64,000 bases of DNA from Steroidobacteraceae bacterium (GCA_036272515.1 DATAYO010000046.1:1627-65626), one strand, 5' to 3'. Positions 1 to 9,950 are shown, counted from the first letter of the stretch. The notes: generated by a model from the sequence alone, not told the origin. Numbers and translations are program-made.

Positions 1-2409
1 GAGCCTGGCGCCGCGCGGATCATACGGCGCCTCGGGCAAAATGCGGGCGGGCAGCCGCCTCGACAGCACCTGCACGACGGCCTCGGCGTCCGGCGCGTGG
101 CCGCTCGGCAGGTAGGCAAAACCGAGCGCTCGGCCGATGCCGGGGACATAGGCCGCCGAGGTAAGCCTCGCGACCGGCTTGCCGTCGAGGTACACCGGTT
201 CACCGCCCGTCGGATCGGGATCGCTCGAGTCGATGGCCAGCAAGCTGAGGCGGCGCTTGGGCGGCTCGCGGCGCGATTCGATCACCGCCTCGCGGCCGAT
301 GAAGTCGCCCTTCTCGACCCGCACGAAGCGTGACAGACCGGCCTCGTCGGGTGTCGCGTCCGAGGTGTATTCCCGTCCCCAGGCGCCATAGCCTTTCTCG
401 AGCCTCAGGGCATTGAGCGCGCGCAGCCCGAAGTTGCGCAGGCCCAGCGGGGCCCCCGCCTCGCAGAGACTCGCGAACACGTGCCGCTGCTCATCGGCGG
501 CCACGTAGATCTCGTAGCCGAGTTCGCCGGTGAAGGAGAGGCGCAGCACCAGCGCGCTCGCCAGGCCCACGCTCAGCGAGCGCGCGCACAGGAACGGCAG
601 GCCCGAGTCGGATACATCCCCGGTCGCGACCCGCTCGAGGAGCTCACGCGCGCGCGGCCCGGTGATGCTGAGCCCGCACAGCTCGCGGGTGCGGCTGCGG
701 ATCGAGACCTGCGCCAATTCCGGCAATCGCTGTCGCAGCCATCGAAGGTAATAGCTTTCCGCACTGGGCGAGCCGAACAGCAGAAATCGATCCGGCTCGA
801 TCCGGGCGACGGTAACCTCGCCGAGAATCCGTCCGCGCGGGGTCAACAACGGACTCAAGACGATCCGTCCGGTCTCGAGCGGCAGGCTATTGGCGAGGAT
901 GCCGTCGAGCCAGGACTCCGCGCCTGCACCCGAGACCTCGAGCTTGCAGTAAGAAGAGGTGTCCCAGATTCCGACCGCCTCGCGCACCGCGCGGCATTCC
1001 CGCGCGACGTGCTCGAAGGCCGACGAGCGGTGGAACGAGGGCCGCTCGTGCGCTTGCGCGGGTGTCGGCGCGAACCAGAGCGGCACCTCGTGCGCCGCCG
1101 CGACCCCGAACACGCCACCGGCCTGCACGAGCCGATCGTAGATCGGCGAGGTACGCAGCGGACGGGCCGCCGGCAGCTCCTCGTTCCAGCACGGCAGGAT
1201 GAAGCGCCGTTGATAATTCTCGCGCGTCTTGGTGCGTACGTACGCCGAATTGGCAAAATCGCCGAAGCGGCTCACGTCCATCGCGAACACGTCCATGCCG
1301 GGCTCACCCTCGACGATCCAGCGCGCCACCGCCAGACCGATCCCTCCCCCTTGCGAAAAGCCGGCCATGCAGCCGGCCGCCATGAAAGCTCTGTCATGAC
1401 CGGGGAGCGGGCCGATGATGGGATTGCCGTCCGGCGAGAACACCATGCCGCCGTTGACGATGCGCTTGACGCCGGCGCCGCGCATGGCCGGCATGCGCTG
1501 CATCATCTTGTCCAGGGGAGCCACGATGCGGTCGATGTCCGGCGGCAACAGCTCGACGCCGAAATCCGCCGGCGTGCCGTCGACCGCCCAGTGCCGGCAA
1601 TCCTGCTCGTAGGTGCCCACCAGCAATCCTTTGGCCTCCTGGCGCAGATACACGGCGCCGTCGAAATCGACCGCGGCCGGAATCTCCCGGCTGAGCGCCG
1701 CCAGCTCGGGAATCTCGTTGGTGATCAGATACTGATGCTCCATCGGGATCACCGGCAGCTCGACCTGCAACAGACGCCCGACCTCCCGCGCCCAGAGCCC
1801 CGCCGCGTTCACGATGTACTCGGCGCGCACCGTCCCCGCGGGTGTCGACAGCTCCCACTCGCCCGAGCGCAGCCGGCGAATGGCCGTGACCGGCGTGTGA
1901 CGATGGATCTGCGCCCCCGCGTCGCGCGCCGCCTTGGCGTAGGCATGGGTCACGCCGCTCGGATCGACGTGTCCATCGTTCGGATCGAACATCGCCGCGC
2001 GATAGTGCGAGATGTCGATGAGCGGATTGCGCTCTCGCACTTCGTCCAAATCGATGAAATGCAGGCCGACGTTCAAGTGCCGTGCCTTGGCCTCCTCCGA
2101 CTCGAAGAACTGCGCCTCGTTCTCGGTCACCGCGAGATAGATGCAGCCGGTGCGATGCAGTCCGCAGGACACGCCGGACACGCGCTCGATCTCCCGGTAG
2201 AGCTCGATGGTGTAGGCCTGCAGCGCCGCCACGTTCGAATCGCCGTTGAGCGTGTGCACGCCGCCGGCGGCATGCCAGGTCGAGCCCGCGGTGAGCTCCG
2301 CGCGCTCGAGCAGCATCACATCGCGCCAGCCGAGCTGGGTAAGATGGTACAAAACGCTGGCGCCGACCACGCCTCCGCCGATGACGGCCACCCGAGCATG
2401 AGAGTTCAT
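1..2409 (-). CDS. FAD-dependent oxidoreductase fused to a GcvT-type (aminomethyltransferase/folate-binding) domain, dimethylglycine/sarcosine dehydrogenase-like; C-terminus runs off the left edge
   Basis: Not in the ORF track because no stop lies in the window. The reverse complement from ATG 2409-2407 reads MNSHARVAVIGGGVVGASVLYHLTQLGWRDVMLLERAELTAGSTWHAAGG (GxGxxG FAD site). The frame stays open for 803 codons to nt 1. The distal part carries the GcvT-type motif LRLSFTGELGYEIY (about nt 500-545). The + ORF 481..2445 is its shadow. Confidence 0.85.
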   Translation of the reverse strand, partial: MNSHARVAVIGGGVVGASVLYHLTQLGWRDVMLLERAELTAGSTWHAAGGVHTLNGDSNVAALQAYTIELYREIERVSGVSCGLHRTGCIYLAVTENEAQFFESEEAKARHLNVGLHFIDLDEVRERNPLIDISHYRAAMFDPNDGHVDPSGVTHAYAKAARDAGAQIHRHTPVTAIRRLRSGEWELSTPAGTVRAEYIVNAAGLWAREVGRLLQVELPVIPMEHQYLITNEIPELAALSREIPAAVDFDGAVYLRQEAKGLLVGTYEQDCRHWAVDGTPADFGVELLPPDIDRIVAPLDKMMQRMPAMRGAGVKRIVNGGMVFSPDGNPIIGPLPGHDRAFMAAGCMAGFSQGGGIGLAVARWIVEGEPGMDVFAMDVSRFGDFANSAYVRTKTRENYQRRFILPCWNEELPAARPLRTSPIYDRLVQAGGVFGVAAAHEVPLWFAPTPAQAHERPSFHRSSAFEHVARECRAVREAVGIWDTSSYCKLEVSGAGAESWLDGILANSLPLETGRIVLSPLLTPRGRILGEVTVARIEPDRFLLFGSPSAESYYLRWLRQRLPELAQVSIRSRTRELCGLSITGPRARELLERVATGDVSDSGLPFLCARSLSVGLASALVLRLSFTGELGYEIYVAADEQRHVFASLCEAGAPLGLRNFGLRALNALRLEKGYGAWGREYTSDATPDEAGLSRFVRVEKGDFIGREAVIESRREPPKRRLSLLAIDSSDPDPTGGEPVYLDGKPVARLTSAAYVPGIGRALGFAYLPSGHAPDAEAVVQVLSRRLPARILPEAPYDPRGARL

Positions 2410-2463
2410 GGGCGGATTATCGGAGGCACGCGCGCCGCGGACTGAGGAATAGAGAGAAAGAAA

Positions 2464-3786
2464 TTAGGCAAGCCGGCCGATGCTCGAGGACGGCCGCTTC
2501 GCCCCCAAGTGCTGCGCGCAGCGCCAGTAATGCCACGCCGCCCAGAAGCCGACGAAGGCCATGGGAACGAGCACGTGCCGCAACGATTCGGTGCCGTAGA
2601 CGGGCTGCAGATAATCGCTCGCGAAGCCCACCACCTGCGGAGCGATCACCAGATTGGCGATGTTGGCACAGAACAGCATCACCGCGACCGATTGCGCCCG
2701 CATCGATGCGGGCACCAGATTTTGCAGCAGCGCGAAGGTGGGACCGAACGGCGCATAGGACAGCGGGATGAAGATCCACAGCATGATGAGCGCGGTGTGC
2801 GCCGAGGTCGCGCTGTAGGCGATGATGGACGGCAGGGTGCCGAGCACGATGCTGCCGGCGACGAACCACGGCACGAGCCGAGGATCGCGCTTGCCGAGCG
2901 GGCCCATGAGCAGCATGGTGAGGAGCAGCACCGCCGTTCCCCCGATTCCGTGCATGAGCGAGAGCGCGCCGCCGGCCTCTCCCAGCGACAGGTGGTAGGA
3001 GCGCACCAGGAACGACGGTGTCCACCACATCAAACCCCACGACCAGAGCGTGTAGACCGTGGCGCCGAGCCAGGTGTGCAGGAGAGCCGGCTGGATGCGC
3101 GCGAAGCGAAGCGTGTCGATCAGGGTCGCGCGCGGCGGCGGCGGCGCTTCGTCGAAGCGGCCGCATGGCGGCGCCGGCGCTTCGTCGAAGCGGCCGCGCG
3201 GCGGCTCGCGGATGGTGAAGCCGACCAGCAGGGCGACCAGAACTCCGGGCAGGCCGAGCACGTAGAAGGCCGCCCGCCACCCCCAGGCGTCGCTCGCGTA
3301 GCCTGCGCTCGACCCGATCATCGATCCGAGCGAGGCGCCGACCGAATACACCGACAGTGCCAGCGCCCGGCGCCGCGGTGAAAAATAGTCCGAGAGGAGC
3401 GAGGCCGACGGCGGGGTCCCGCCCGCCTCGCCGACCCCGACGCCGATGCGCGCCAGCATCAATTGCCAGAAATTCCGCGTGAATCCGCACACGGTGGTCA
3501 TGAACGACCAGGCGCCCAGGGCGAGCGCGATCATGTTGCGGCGGTTGGTGCGATCGGCGAGCGTCGCCAACGGCAATCCCGCGGTCACGTAGAAGAACGC
3601 GAGGGCGGAGCCGGTCAGGAAGCCGATCTTGGAGTCCGACAGGCCGAGGTCGGCCTTGATGGGCTCTATCAAGGTCGACATGACGAACCGGTCGGCGATG
3701 CTGAGCGCATAGACCAGCGTGAGCATCAGGAGCACGTACCAGCGGCGCACGACGCCCCGATCGACTTCAGCGGCGGCGTCGTTCAC
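2464..3786 (-). CDS. MFS transporter (Spinster-like subfamily)
   Basis: 440-aa hydrophobic protein with the MFS loop 2-3 motif (GLPLATLADRTNRRNM) and ARIGVGVGEAG. GTG start. It lies 54 nt upstream of the dehydrogenase-like gene and 18 nt downstream of the TonB-dependent receptor. Paralogous to 59166..60488. Confidence 0.85.
   Translation of the reverse strand: MNDAAAEVDRGVVRRWYVLLMLTLVYALSIADRFVMSTLIEPIKADLGLSDSKIGFLTGSALAFFYVTAGLPLATLADRTNRRNMIALALGAWSFMTTVCGFTRNFWQLMLARIGVGVGEAGGTPPSASLLSDYFSPRRRALALSVYSVGASLGSMIGSSAGYASDAWGWRAAFYVLGLPGVLVALLVGFTIREPPRGRFDEAPAPPCGRFDEAPPPPRATLIDTLRFARIQPALLHTWLGATVYTLWSWGLMWWTPSFLVRSYHLSLGEAGGALSLMHGIGGTAVLLLTMLLMGPLGKRDPRLVPWFVAGSIVLGTLPSIIAYSATSAHTALIMLWIFIPLSYAPFGPTFALLQNLVPASMRAQSVAVMLFCANIANLVIAPQVVGFASDYLQPVYGTESLRHVLVPMAFVGFWAAWHYWRCAQHLGAKRPSSSIGRLA
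3143..3197. repeat. In-frame 33-bp-period tandem duplication inside the MFS gene
   Basis: The 22-nt core ggcgcttcgtcgaagcggccgc occurs at 3143-3164 and again at 3176-3197. This gives GRFDEAPAPPC/GRFDEAPPPP in the central cytoplasmic loop. Confidence 0.85.
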
Positions 3787-3804
3787 GGGGCGGGCGGTGT
3801 CGGC

Positions 3805-6084
3805 TCAAAAACTCACGTGCGCGTGTACACCGATGGTTCGGGGCCGTCCCCAGTACTGCAAGTTTCCCGGCTGGTACATACCGTAGAGGTTCACGTCGAC
3901 GAGGCTGACCAGGTGATTGTTCGTGAGATTGGTGCCGAACAGGCTGAGCGACCATCGATCGGTCACGTATCCGATTGAGCCGTTCAGCAGCACCGACGAT
4001 GGTATCACGGCGTAATCGAACGCCGTCGGGCTGAAATCCGTGAATGCCCGGCTGCGATAGGTCCAATCGGCGGAGATGTCGATTTTTCCCTGCGGCAATG
4101 GGATGTCGTAGTCGCCCGAGGCGCTGACGATGTTGCGCGGGAAGAACGGCGCGCGGTCTCCGCTGGTCGCTCCGAGATTCGGGATGGGGCCGTTCGCCGT
4201 GGCGTCGGTGTAGGACCCGCTGAGCCCGAGCGTCAGGTCGCTCGTCGCCCGCAGCTTCGATTCCCATTCGAGGCCCTGGCTGGTGATCTTGCCGGCATTT
4301 TGCGCGAAGTTGTATCCGCAGTTCAGAAGGTGCAGGGTCTGCACGTCGTCCCAGTCGATGTAGAACCCGTCGACGTTCATGGTCCAGCGGCCTTCGGCAT
4401 AGGTGCCCTTCTCGCCCAAGGTATAGCTCCAGAGGTGGTCCGGGCCGAACGACAGCGGCGATTGCTTGAGTCCTATCGCCTCCAGGTCGCTCGCGCAGAA
4501 TACCGTCGGCGCCGGCTCGTTCACACCGCCGTAGCGGAAGCCGCGGGCCGCCTCGCCGTACACGATGACGTGATCGTCCGCCTTGAAGGTCACCACGGCG
4601 CGCGGATTCACGCCGCGCGATTTCTGCTCGCCTCCGCCCGTGTCGGGCTGACCCGGCGCGATGGCGCCCGCCACGCCGGTGAAGTACAGATCGAAGTCGT
4701 CCTTGAAATCGAAGTAGCGCGCGCCGAGGGTCAGATCGAGCCGCGGCAGAATCGAATAGGTCGCCTCGCCGAACAGCGCGAACTGCCGCTCCACGAGATT
4801 GATGGTGCCGTAGAACGGCGTATCGGGCGCCGGCGTGCCGTACGCGGTCTGCGAACTGAACGTGGGGTCGCCGATTTCCGCTCCGAAGGCCGAATCGAAG
4901 CCGGGCGAGACCAGGTTCTGCGGATAGAACTGCGAATCGCGCTCGAAATAGGCGCCGGTGATCCAGCGCAGGGGCTGGTCGGGGCGCGACACCAGCCGCA
5001 ATTCCTCCTGGAATTTATGGATGTCGTTGGCATTCGTGTTGCTCGCCGGGAGCCGGTCTCCGGGCGTGATCAAGTACTCGTCGATCGACTCGAAGCTCTC
5101 GTCCTGGGCGAGGTGCCGCTGGGTGTACGAGGTCGAGGAGATCAGATGCGCGAAGGACAGGTCCCAGTCCGCGGTGACGTTGTAGAGCTTGAAGTAGTCG
5201 CTGAGCTGCTCGGGGGTCAGCGAGGCGTAGGTGTAGGCACCGAGCTGCGGGTAGACGGCGTCTCGCCCCTGGGCGTCGAGGCGCGCGAACAGGGCGCTGA
5301 CATCGAGCGTGAAGGTGTCGGAGGGCAGCCAGCGCACCGCCAGGCGTCCCTGGGTCGCATACGCGGGATTGGAGTCCCGCTCGCCCAGCTCCACATTGTC
5401 GATGTAGCCCGAGTCGTCGCTGCGGTACAGCACCAGGCGGGCGGCGAGCTTGTCATCGATGAGCGGCAAATTGACCATGCCGCGAATGCTGGTATTCGTG
5501 CCGCCGTGCCTGGTCTGCGAAACCGAGAGGTCCGCGTCCCCGAGAAAGGCGTTCGGATCGGGTTTCTTGGTGATCAGGCGGATGGTGCCGGCCATGGAGC
5601 CGGCGCCGTACAAGGTGCCCTGCGGACCGCGAATGACCTCGACCCGGTCCAGATCGTACACATGCAAATCGGGATTGAATCCCTCCTGCCCGATCGAGGC
5701 GTCGTCCAGGTAGAGCGCGACCAGCGAGCGTTGCTGCGTATTGGTCGGATTGACCTCGCTGGTGACGAGGCCGCGCATGTCGATTACGTTCTCTCCCGGC
5801 GATACCGATTGCAGATTCACGGATGGCAGCTCGCCGACGAAATCCGACACGCCGCTCAGACCCTTGCTGTCGAGCGCCGCGGGCGAAACGACGGAGATCG
5901 CCATCGGAACCTTCTGCACCGACTCCTCGCCGACGCGGCTGGCACTCACCACGATCTCCTGCAGGGCGAGGTTGTCGCCCTTGTTCTCGCCCTGGGCCGG
6001 TGCGTCCGCGCCGGCGGCGCCGGACCAGAGCGGAACGGCCGCCAGCGCCACGATCAAGATGGATACCGGACGGCGCTCACGCAT
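3805..6084 (-). CDS. TonB-dependent outer-membrane receptor
   Basis: The best start is ATG at 6084 (MRERRPVSILIVALAAVPLWSGAAGADA, a signal peptide), not the track start at 6297. Plug region LQEIVVSASRVGEES...VIDMRGL, long beta-barrel-type sequence, and terminal aromatic residue (...GVHAHVSF). Confidence 0.9.
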   Translation of the reverse strand: MRERRPVSILIVALAAVPLWSGAAGADAPAQGENKGDNLALQEIVVSASRVGEESVQKVPMAISVVSPAALDSKGLSGVSDFVGELPSVNLQSVSPGENVIDMRGLVTSEVNPTNTQQRSLVALYLDDASIGQEGFNPDLHVYDLDRVEVIRGPQGTLYGAGSMAGTIRLITKKPDPNAFLGDADLSVSQTRHGGTNTSIRGMVNLPLIDDKLAARLVLYRSDDSGYIDNVELGERDSNPAYATQGRLAVRWLPSDTFTLDVSALFARLDAQGRDAVYPQLGAYTYASLTPEQLSDYFKLYNVTADWDLSFAHLISSTSYTQRHLAQDESFESIDEYLITPGDRLPASNTNANDIHKFQEELRLVSRPDQPLRWITGAYFERDSQFYPQNLVSPGFDSAFGAEIGDPTFSSQTAYGTPAPDTPFYGTINLVERQFALFGEATYSILPRLDLTLGARYFDFKDDFDLYFTGVAGAIAPGQPDTGGGEQKSRGVNPRAVVTFKADDHVIVYGEAARGFRYGGVNEPAPTVFCASDLEAIGLKQSPLSFGPDHLWSYTLGEKGTYAEGRWTMNVDGFYIDWDDVQTLHLLNCGYNFAQNAGKITSQGLEWESKLRATSDLTLGLSGSYTDATANGPIPNLGATSGDRAPFFPRNIVSASGDYDIPLPQGKIDISADWTYRSRAFTDFSPTAFDYAVIPSSVLLNGSIGYVTDRWSLSLFGTNLTNNHLVSLVDVNLYGMYQPGNLQYWGRPRTIGVHAHVSF

Positions 6085-6121
6085 GCATTGCTTCTCCCGT
6101 ATTCTATTAATTCTTAGAAAG

Positions 6122-6148
6122 CCGTAGCAGCGGGACCGTAGCACCGGA
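6122..6148. promoter_or_regulatory. Direct repeat ccgtagca(g/c)cgg x2 (14-bp period) in the divergent receptor/AraC intergenic region; possible regulator site
   Basis: ccgtagcagcggg at 6122-6134 and ccgtagcaccgga at 6136-6148, between the receptor start (6084, minus) and the AraC start (6228, plus). Function is inferred only. Confidence 0.3.
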
Positions 6149-6227
6149 GGCCGCCGCCGGCTTAGTCGCTGCGGCCTGTCGATGAGGAAAGTGGCCAGAA
6201 CCGCGCGGGACCGCCTACACTTGAGGC

Positions 6228-7322
6228 ATGCAGACACGGAGCGGTCGGGATGGAACGTTCGGCGCGGTGCCCTCGCCGGGGCTGCTGCGCTCGGCACTCG
6301 TCGGGTTGAAACCCGCGGGCACGCTCCGCCATCTGTTCGGGAACCTGCACGAACTCACGCGGGGGGAAATCATCGGCGAGGATCCGGAGCGGAACGTTGA
6401 GGCCAGCCGCTTGCGGGTCGACCGCACCGACGGTCACGGAAGCTACGAGCTCTACCGGCTGGACCGGGACCTGTTCATCCTGACCATCGATTGCCTGTTC
6501 GACAGCGTTCGCGAGGAAATCGTCCCGGGTGAAGCGCTTCTCGAAGTGCACATCTGCCTGCGCGGACGGCTGACCATCCAGGTACCCCGCAGCCGGCAGC
6601 CGATCGTCGCACAGGGTCCCTGCCTGTTGCTGCTGTATCAACCCGCCGGTGCCGACGTGGCCGAGCGCTTGGAGGCGGGCATGCGCTACACCGGATTGTC
6701 GCTGTACTGCAGGCCGAGTTACCTCGCGCAACTCCTGCATCGAAACGGCATCGCCGAGTGCGCGTTGCTGCGGACGATCGAAGCGATCGATCAGCGCACG
6801 GTGTGGCACGAAACGCTGCCGCTGTCGGCGGCCCTGCACTACATCGCCATGGGTCTTCTACAAAGCCCGTATCAACAGGGATTTCGTCTGCTGCACTCGG
6901 AGGCCAAGGCGCTCGAGATCCTCTGTCAGGTGCTCAGTCCTGCGCCGCATGCGATGGCGGGCGAGCCGGCGCTCTCGACTTCGACGCTGGTGCGGCAGAT
7001 CGATGCGGCGCGCCGGATCCTGAGCAGTCAGTTCACCCCGATCCCGCACATTCACGATCTGGCGCGCCGGGTGGGCGTGAGCGAGTCGAAGTTGAAGCGC
7101 GCGTTCAAGGAACATTTCGGGGTGACCGTCTTCGAGTATGGCCTCCAATGCCGCATGCGCCATGCGCTCGAGCTGCTCCAGGCCGACACGGTGAGCATCT
7201 GCCAGGTGGCCGAAGCCGTGGGCTACCAGCATCAGACGAGCTTCACCGCGGCATTCCGCGATCATTTCGGATTTCTCCCCAGCGAGGCAAGAACACGCCG
7301 CAGCGGGCTGGTCACGCAATAA
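6228..7322 (+). CDS. AraC family transcriptional regulator
   Basis: C-terminal double HTH (ARRVGVSESKLKRAFKEHFGVTVFEYGLQCRMRHALELL...VAEAVGYQHQTSFTAAFRDHFGFLPSEAR). ATG is preceded by GAGG. The N-terminal region is also conserved with the paralog at 61698..62807, which supports the long start. Confidence 0.85.
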   Translation: MQTRSGRDGTFGAVPSPGLLRSALVGLKPAGTLRHLFGNLHELTRGEIIGEDPERNVEASRLRVDRTDGHGSYELYRLDRDLFILTIDCLFDSVREEIVPGEALLEVHICLRGRLTIQVPRSRQPIVAQGPCLLLLYQPAGADVAERLEAGMRYTGLSLYCRPSYLAQLLHRNGIAECALLRTIEAIDQRTVWHETLPLSAALHYIAMGLLQSPYQQGFRLLHSEAKALEILCQVLSPAPHAMAGEPALSTSTLVRQIDAARRILSSQFTPIPHIHDLARRVGVSESKLKRAFKEHFGVTVFEYGLQCRMRHALELLQADTVSICQVAEAVGYQHQTSFTAAFRDHFGFLPSEARTRRSGLVTQ

Positions 7323-7485
7323 GGCGTCGGCGGCGACTCGGCAGCGATGCGCCCGCAGCGGCGGCGGACCCGACAGCACTGCCGGATGTCCTCATCGACC
7401 GCGCCGAAATCCTAACTTCCATGCTCTGCGCAGCGCCCATAATTGAACGCATCCTAAGAACCATACGAGCCGCCGGGCGACACCC

Positions 7486-9447
7486 ATGAATAAAAAAACG
7501 CTTCTCGCGACGGCAGTGGCGCCGTTGCTCGCCGGCGCGCTGATTGCGCCTGCACTGCTGACGGCGCCCGCACTCTCGCGGGCCGCCGCCGAATCCGACG
7601 ACGTGGCCCTCACCCTGCCGCGCGATGCTGCGCTCGACCTGCGCGACAAGCTCGCGGATGCCCGTCCGAGGACGCCGCTCGAGGTGCTGGGTCTCGAGGA
7701 CGCCGCGGTATTCGAGCCGGTGGTGCCGGTCCGGATGCGCGACGGCGTGATGCTGTCGGCGAACATCATCCTGCCGAAGGACAAGGCACGGCAGCGATTG
7801 CCGGTCATCCTGATCCGCTCGCCGTACAGGCCGGCCAGCGAGGTGTCCGAGCCGCTCGCCTCGAAGCTCCTGCCGAATCTGGTGCGCAACGGCTACGCCG
7901 TGGTGATCGTCAACGATCGCGGCACGCAGTGGTCTCAGGGAAGCTATCAGTGGCTGAAAGGAGCGAACCAGGACGGCAGCGACACCCTGGACTGGATCAT
8001 CCGGCAGCCCTGGTCCAACGGCAAAGTGGGCACCTTCGGATGCTCCTCGAGCGGCGAGAGCCAGCCGCCGCTCGCCACCCTCAATCATCCGGCGCACAAG
8101 GCGATGGTGGAGATGGCCGGCGCAACCGCCGCCGGCAGCATTCCCGGGTATCGCGACCAGGGAATTTTTTATCATGGCGGAGTGCCGGATCTGGCGTGGA
8201 CCTGGTGGTACCACCGTTTCGGGCTCAGGGAGCGTCCGCTGATGCCGGCGGGCGCCGGGCAGGACACCCGGGTACGCATCGCCGGGAGCTTCTCGCCCGA
8301 GCCCGACTTCGGCAACGTCGACTTCCTCGCGCTCGCGAGCCATTTGCCGTCCGAGGACATCTTGCGTGCGAGCGGCGTCCCGGCGACGGAATGGGACCGG
8401 CTCATCCAGCTCACCCCGGCAAGCCCGGAATGGAAGGAGTACGACTTCATCCGCGACGGCGACAAGACGAAAGTCCCCGGGCTGCACATCGACAGCTGGT
8501 ACGACGAGATCGAGGCCTACCCCACCGTCAAGATGTACCAGTATCTCTCGGGCAACTCGCCCAACCAGCACCTGGTCATGGGCCCGACGGCGCATTGCGA
8601 GATGGGCATGGAAACGGCGGCGACCTCGGTCGGCGACCGCACGGTGGGCGACGGCCGCTTCGACTACGTGACCCTGGTGACTCGCTGGTTCGACCGCTGG
8701 CTGAAGGACGATGCGTCGGTCGCGGAAATCCCCAAGGTGCAGTACTACGTGTTGAATTCCAGCGAATGGAAGAGCGCCGATGCCTGGCCGCCTCCCGGGA
8801 GCCGTGCGACGAAGCTGTTCCTGTCGAGCGGCGGGCACGCCAACAGCGCCTCGGGCGACGGCAGGCTGGTGTCCTCGACAGCCTCCTCCGGGGCCGGCGC
8901 CGATGAGTTCGTCGATGACCCGGCGCATCCGGTCCCCTCGCTCGGGGGCAGCTGCTGCTCTGACCGGGTGGCGCGCGACCAGTCGGGGATCGAAGCTCGA
9001 CAGGATGTTCTCGTGTACTCGAGCGATGCCTTCACCGAGTCCACGCGCATCGTCGGCGACGTGAGCGTGACCTTGTATGTCGGCTCCACGGCGCCCGATA
9101 CCGACGTGATGGTGAAGCTGCTCGACGTCGATGCAGAGGGTCATGCGTACAATCTGAGCGACAGCGCCGTGCGGATGCGCTATCGGAACGGCATCGCGGC
9201 TGCGCCGCCCATGCGGCCGGGAGAGGTTTATCCGGTGAAGATCACCGGCATGGTCACCGCCAGCGATTTCTTGCCCGGTCACCGCCTGCGCATCGAGGTG
9301 GCGAGCACCAATTTTCCGAACTCCGAGCGCAACCTCAACACCGGCGGACGCAACGTCGACGAGTCCGTGCCGCGCATCGCCCGGACGCGGATATTGCACG
9401 ATGCGCAGCACGCCTCCTTCGTGGAATTCGCCACGCTGCCGCGCTGA
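7486..9447 (+). CDS. CocE/NonD family hydrolase (S15 X-Pro dipeptidyl-peptidase-like), secreted
   Basis: Signal peptide MNKKTLLATAVAPLLAGALIAPALL. VRMRDGVMLSANIILPKD...PVILIRSPY. Nucleophile elbow WSNGKVGTFGCSSSGESQ (GxSxxG). Long C-terminal non-catalytic domain typical of the family. Confidence 0.85.
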   Translation: MNKKTLLATAVAPLLAGALIAPALLTAPALSRAAAESDDVALTLPRDAALDLRDKLADARPRTPLEVLGLEDAAVFEPVVPVRMRDGVMLSANIILPKDKARQRLPVILIRSPYRPASEVSEPLASKLLPNLVRNGYAVVIVNDRGTQWSQGSYQWLKGANQDGSDTLDWIIRQPWSNGKVGTFGCSSSGESQPPLATLNHPAHKAMVEMAGATAAGSIPGYRDQGIFYHGGVPDLAWTWWYHRFGLRERPLMPAGAGQDTRVRIAGSFSPEPDFGNVDFLALASHLPSEDILRASGVPATEWDRLIQLTPASPEWKEYDFIRDGDKTKVPGLHIDSWYDEIEAYPTVKMYQYLSGNSPNQHLVMGPTAHCEMGMETAATSVGDRTVGDGRFDYVTLVTRWFDRWLKDDASVAEIPKVQYYVLNSSEWKSADAWPPPGSRATKLFLSSGGHANSASGDGRLVSSTASSGAGADEFVDDPAHPVPSLGGSCCSDRVARDQSGIEARQDVLVYSSDAFTESTRIVGDVSVTLYVGSTAPDTDVMVKLLDVDAEGHAYNLSDSAVRMRYRNGIAAAPPMRPGEVYPVKITGMVTASDFLPGHRLRIEVASTNFPNSERNLNTGGRNVDESVPRIARTRILHDAQHASFVEFATLPR

Positions 9448-9477
9448 CTCTTGGGATTGCTGCCGCGCTGACTCTTG
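9435..9477. repeat. 24-bp-period tandem duplication that copies the last codons and the stop codon of the CocE/NonD gene
   Basis: gctgccgcgctgactcttg at 9435-9453 (contains TGA 9445-9447) and again at 9459-9477. Confidence 0.85.
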
Positions 9478-9507
9478 ACATTCGGCCGCCGCATCCTAGG
9501 GTGGCTG

Positions 9508-9933
9508 ATGTCGAGGTTGCAGGAGATCGCGCTCGTGTCCGTTCACATCGTGCGCCTGGGATCGCCCCGTTCCGCGGGCGAGGGGTTACGGCTCGGCACC
9601 GTGCGGCGGCCGCCGCGCGGCGTGCCGAAGCGGGATTTTTCGCGGCGCGACTTCTACGACGTCTGGCTGCCGATTCTCTCGCCAAGCAGCGCGCTGGTGG
9701 ACGAGGCGCTCTCCGCCCGCAACGAGGTCGAGTGGCGCCGGTTCGCGCGCAAATACCGGGCCGAGATGAAGCGGCCCGATGCTTCGCGCACGCTCGATCT
9801 GCTCGCGGCGATGTCGCATACGGCGAACTTCGCGGTGGGCTGCTACTGTCTCGACGAGACCCGCTGCCATCGACGCCTGCTGCGCGAGTTGCTCGCGGAA
9901 CGAGGTGCGAGCCTCGCGGAGGCAGGCGGATAA
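9508..9933 (+). CDS. DUF488 domain-containing protein
   Basis: VHIVRLGSPRSAGEGLRLGTVRRPPRGVPKRDF...WLPILSPS...FARKYRAEM...VGCYCLDETRCHRRLL matches the DUF488 pattern. The start is uncertain (ATG 9508, or TTG 9475 in the track). Confidence 0.7.
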   Translation: MSRLQEIALVSVHIVRLGSPRSAGEGLRLGTVRRPPRGVPKRDFSRRDFYDVWLPILSPSSALVDEALSARNEVEWRRFARKYRAEMKRPDASRTLDLLAAMSHTANFAVGCYCLDETRCHRRLLRELLAERGASLAEAGG

Positions 9934-9950
9934 GCCGGGCTCCGGGGCGC

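Noticed and set aside
6085-6227. A Fur box upstream of the TonB-dependent receptor (AT-rich ttctaagaattaatagaatac).
   Set aside because: Only about half the positions match the 19-bp Fur consensus in any register. The operon content argues against iron uptake.
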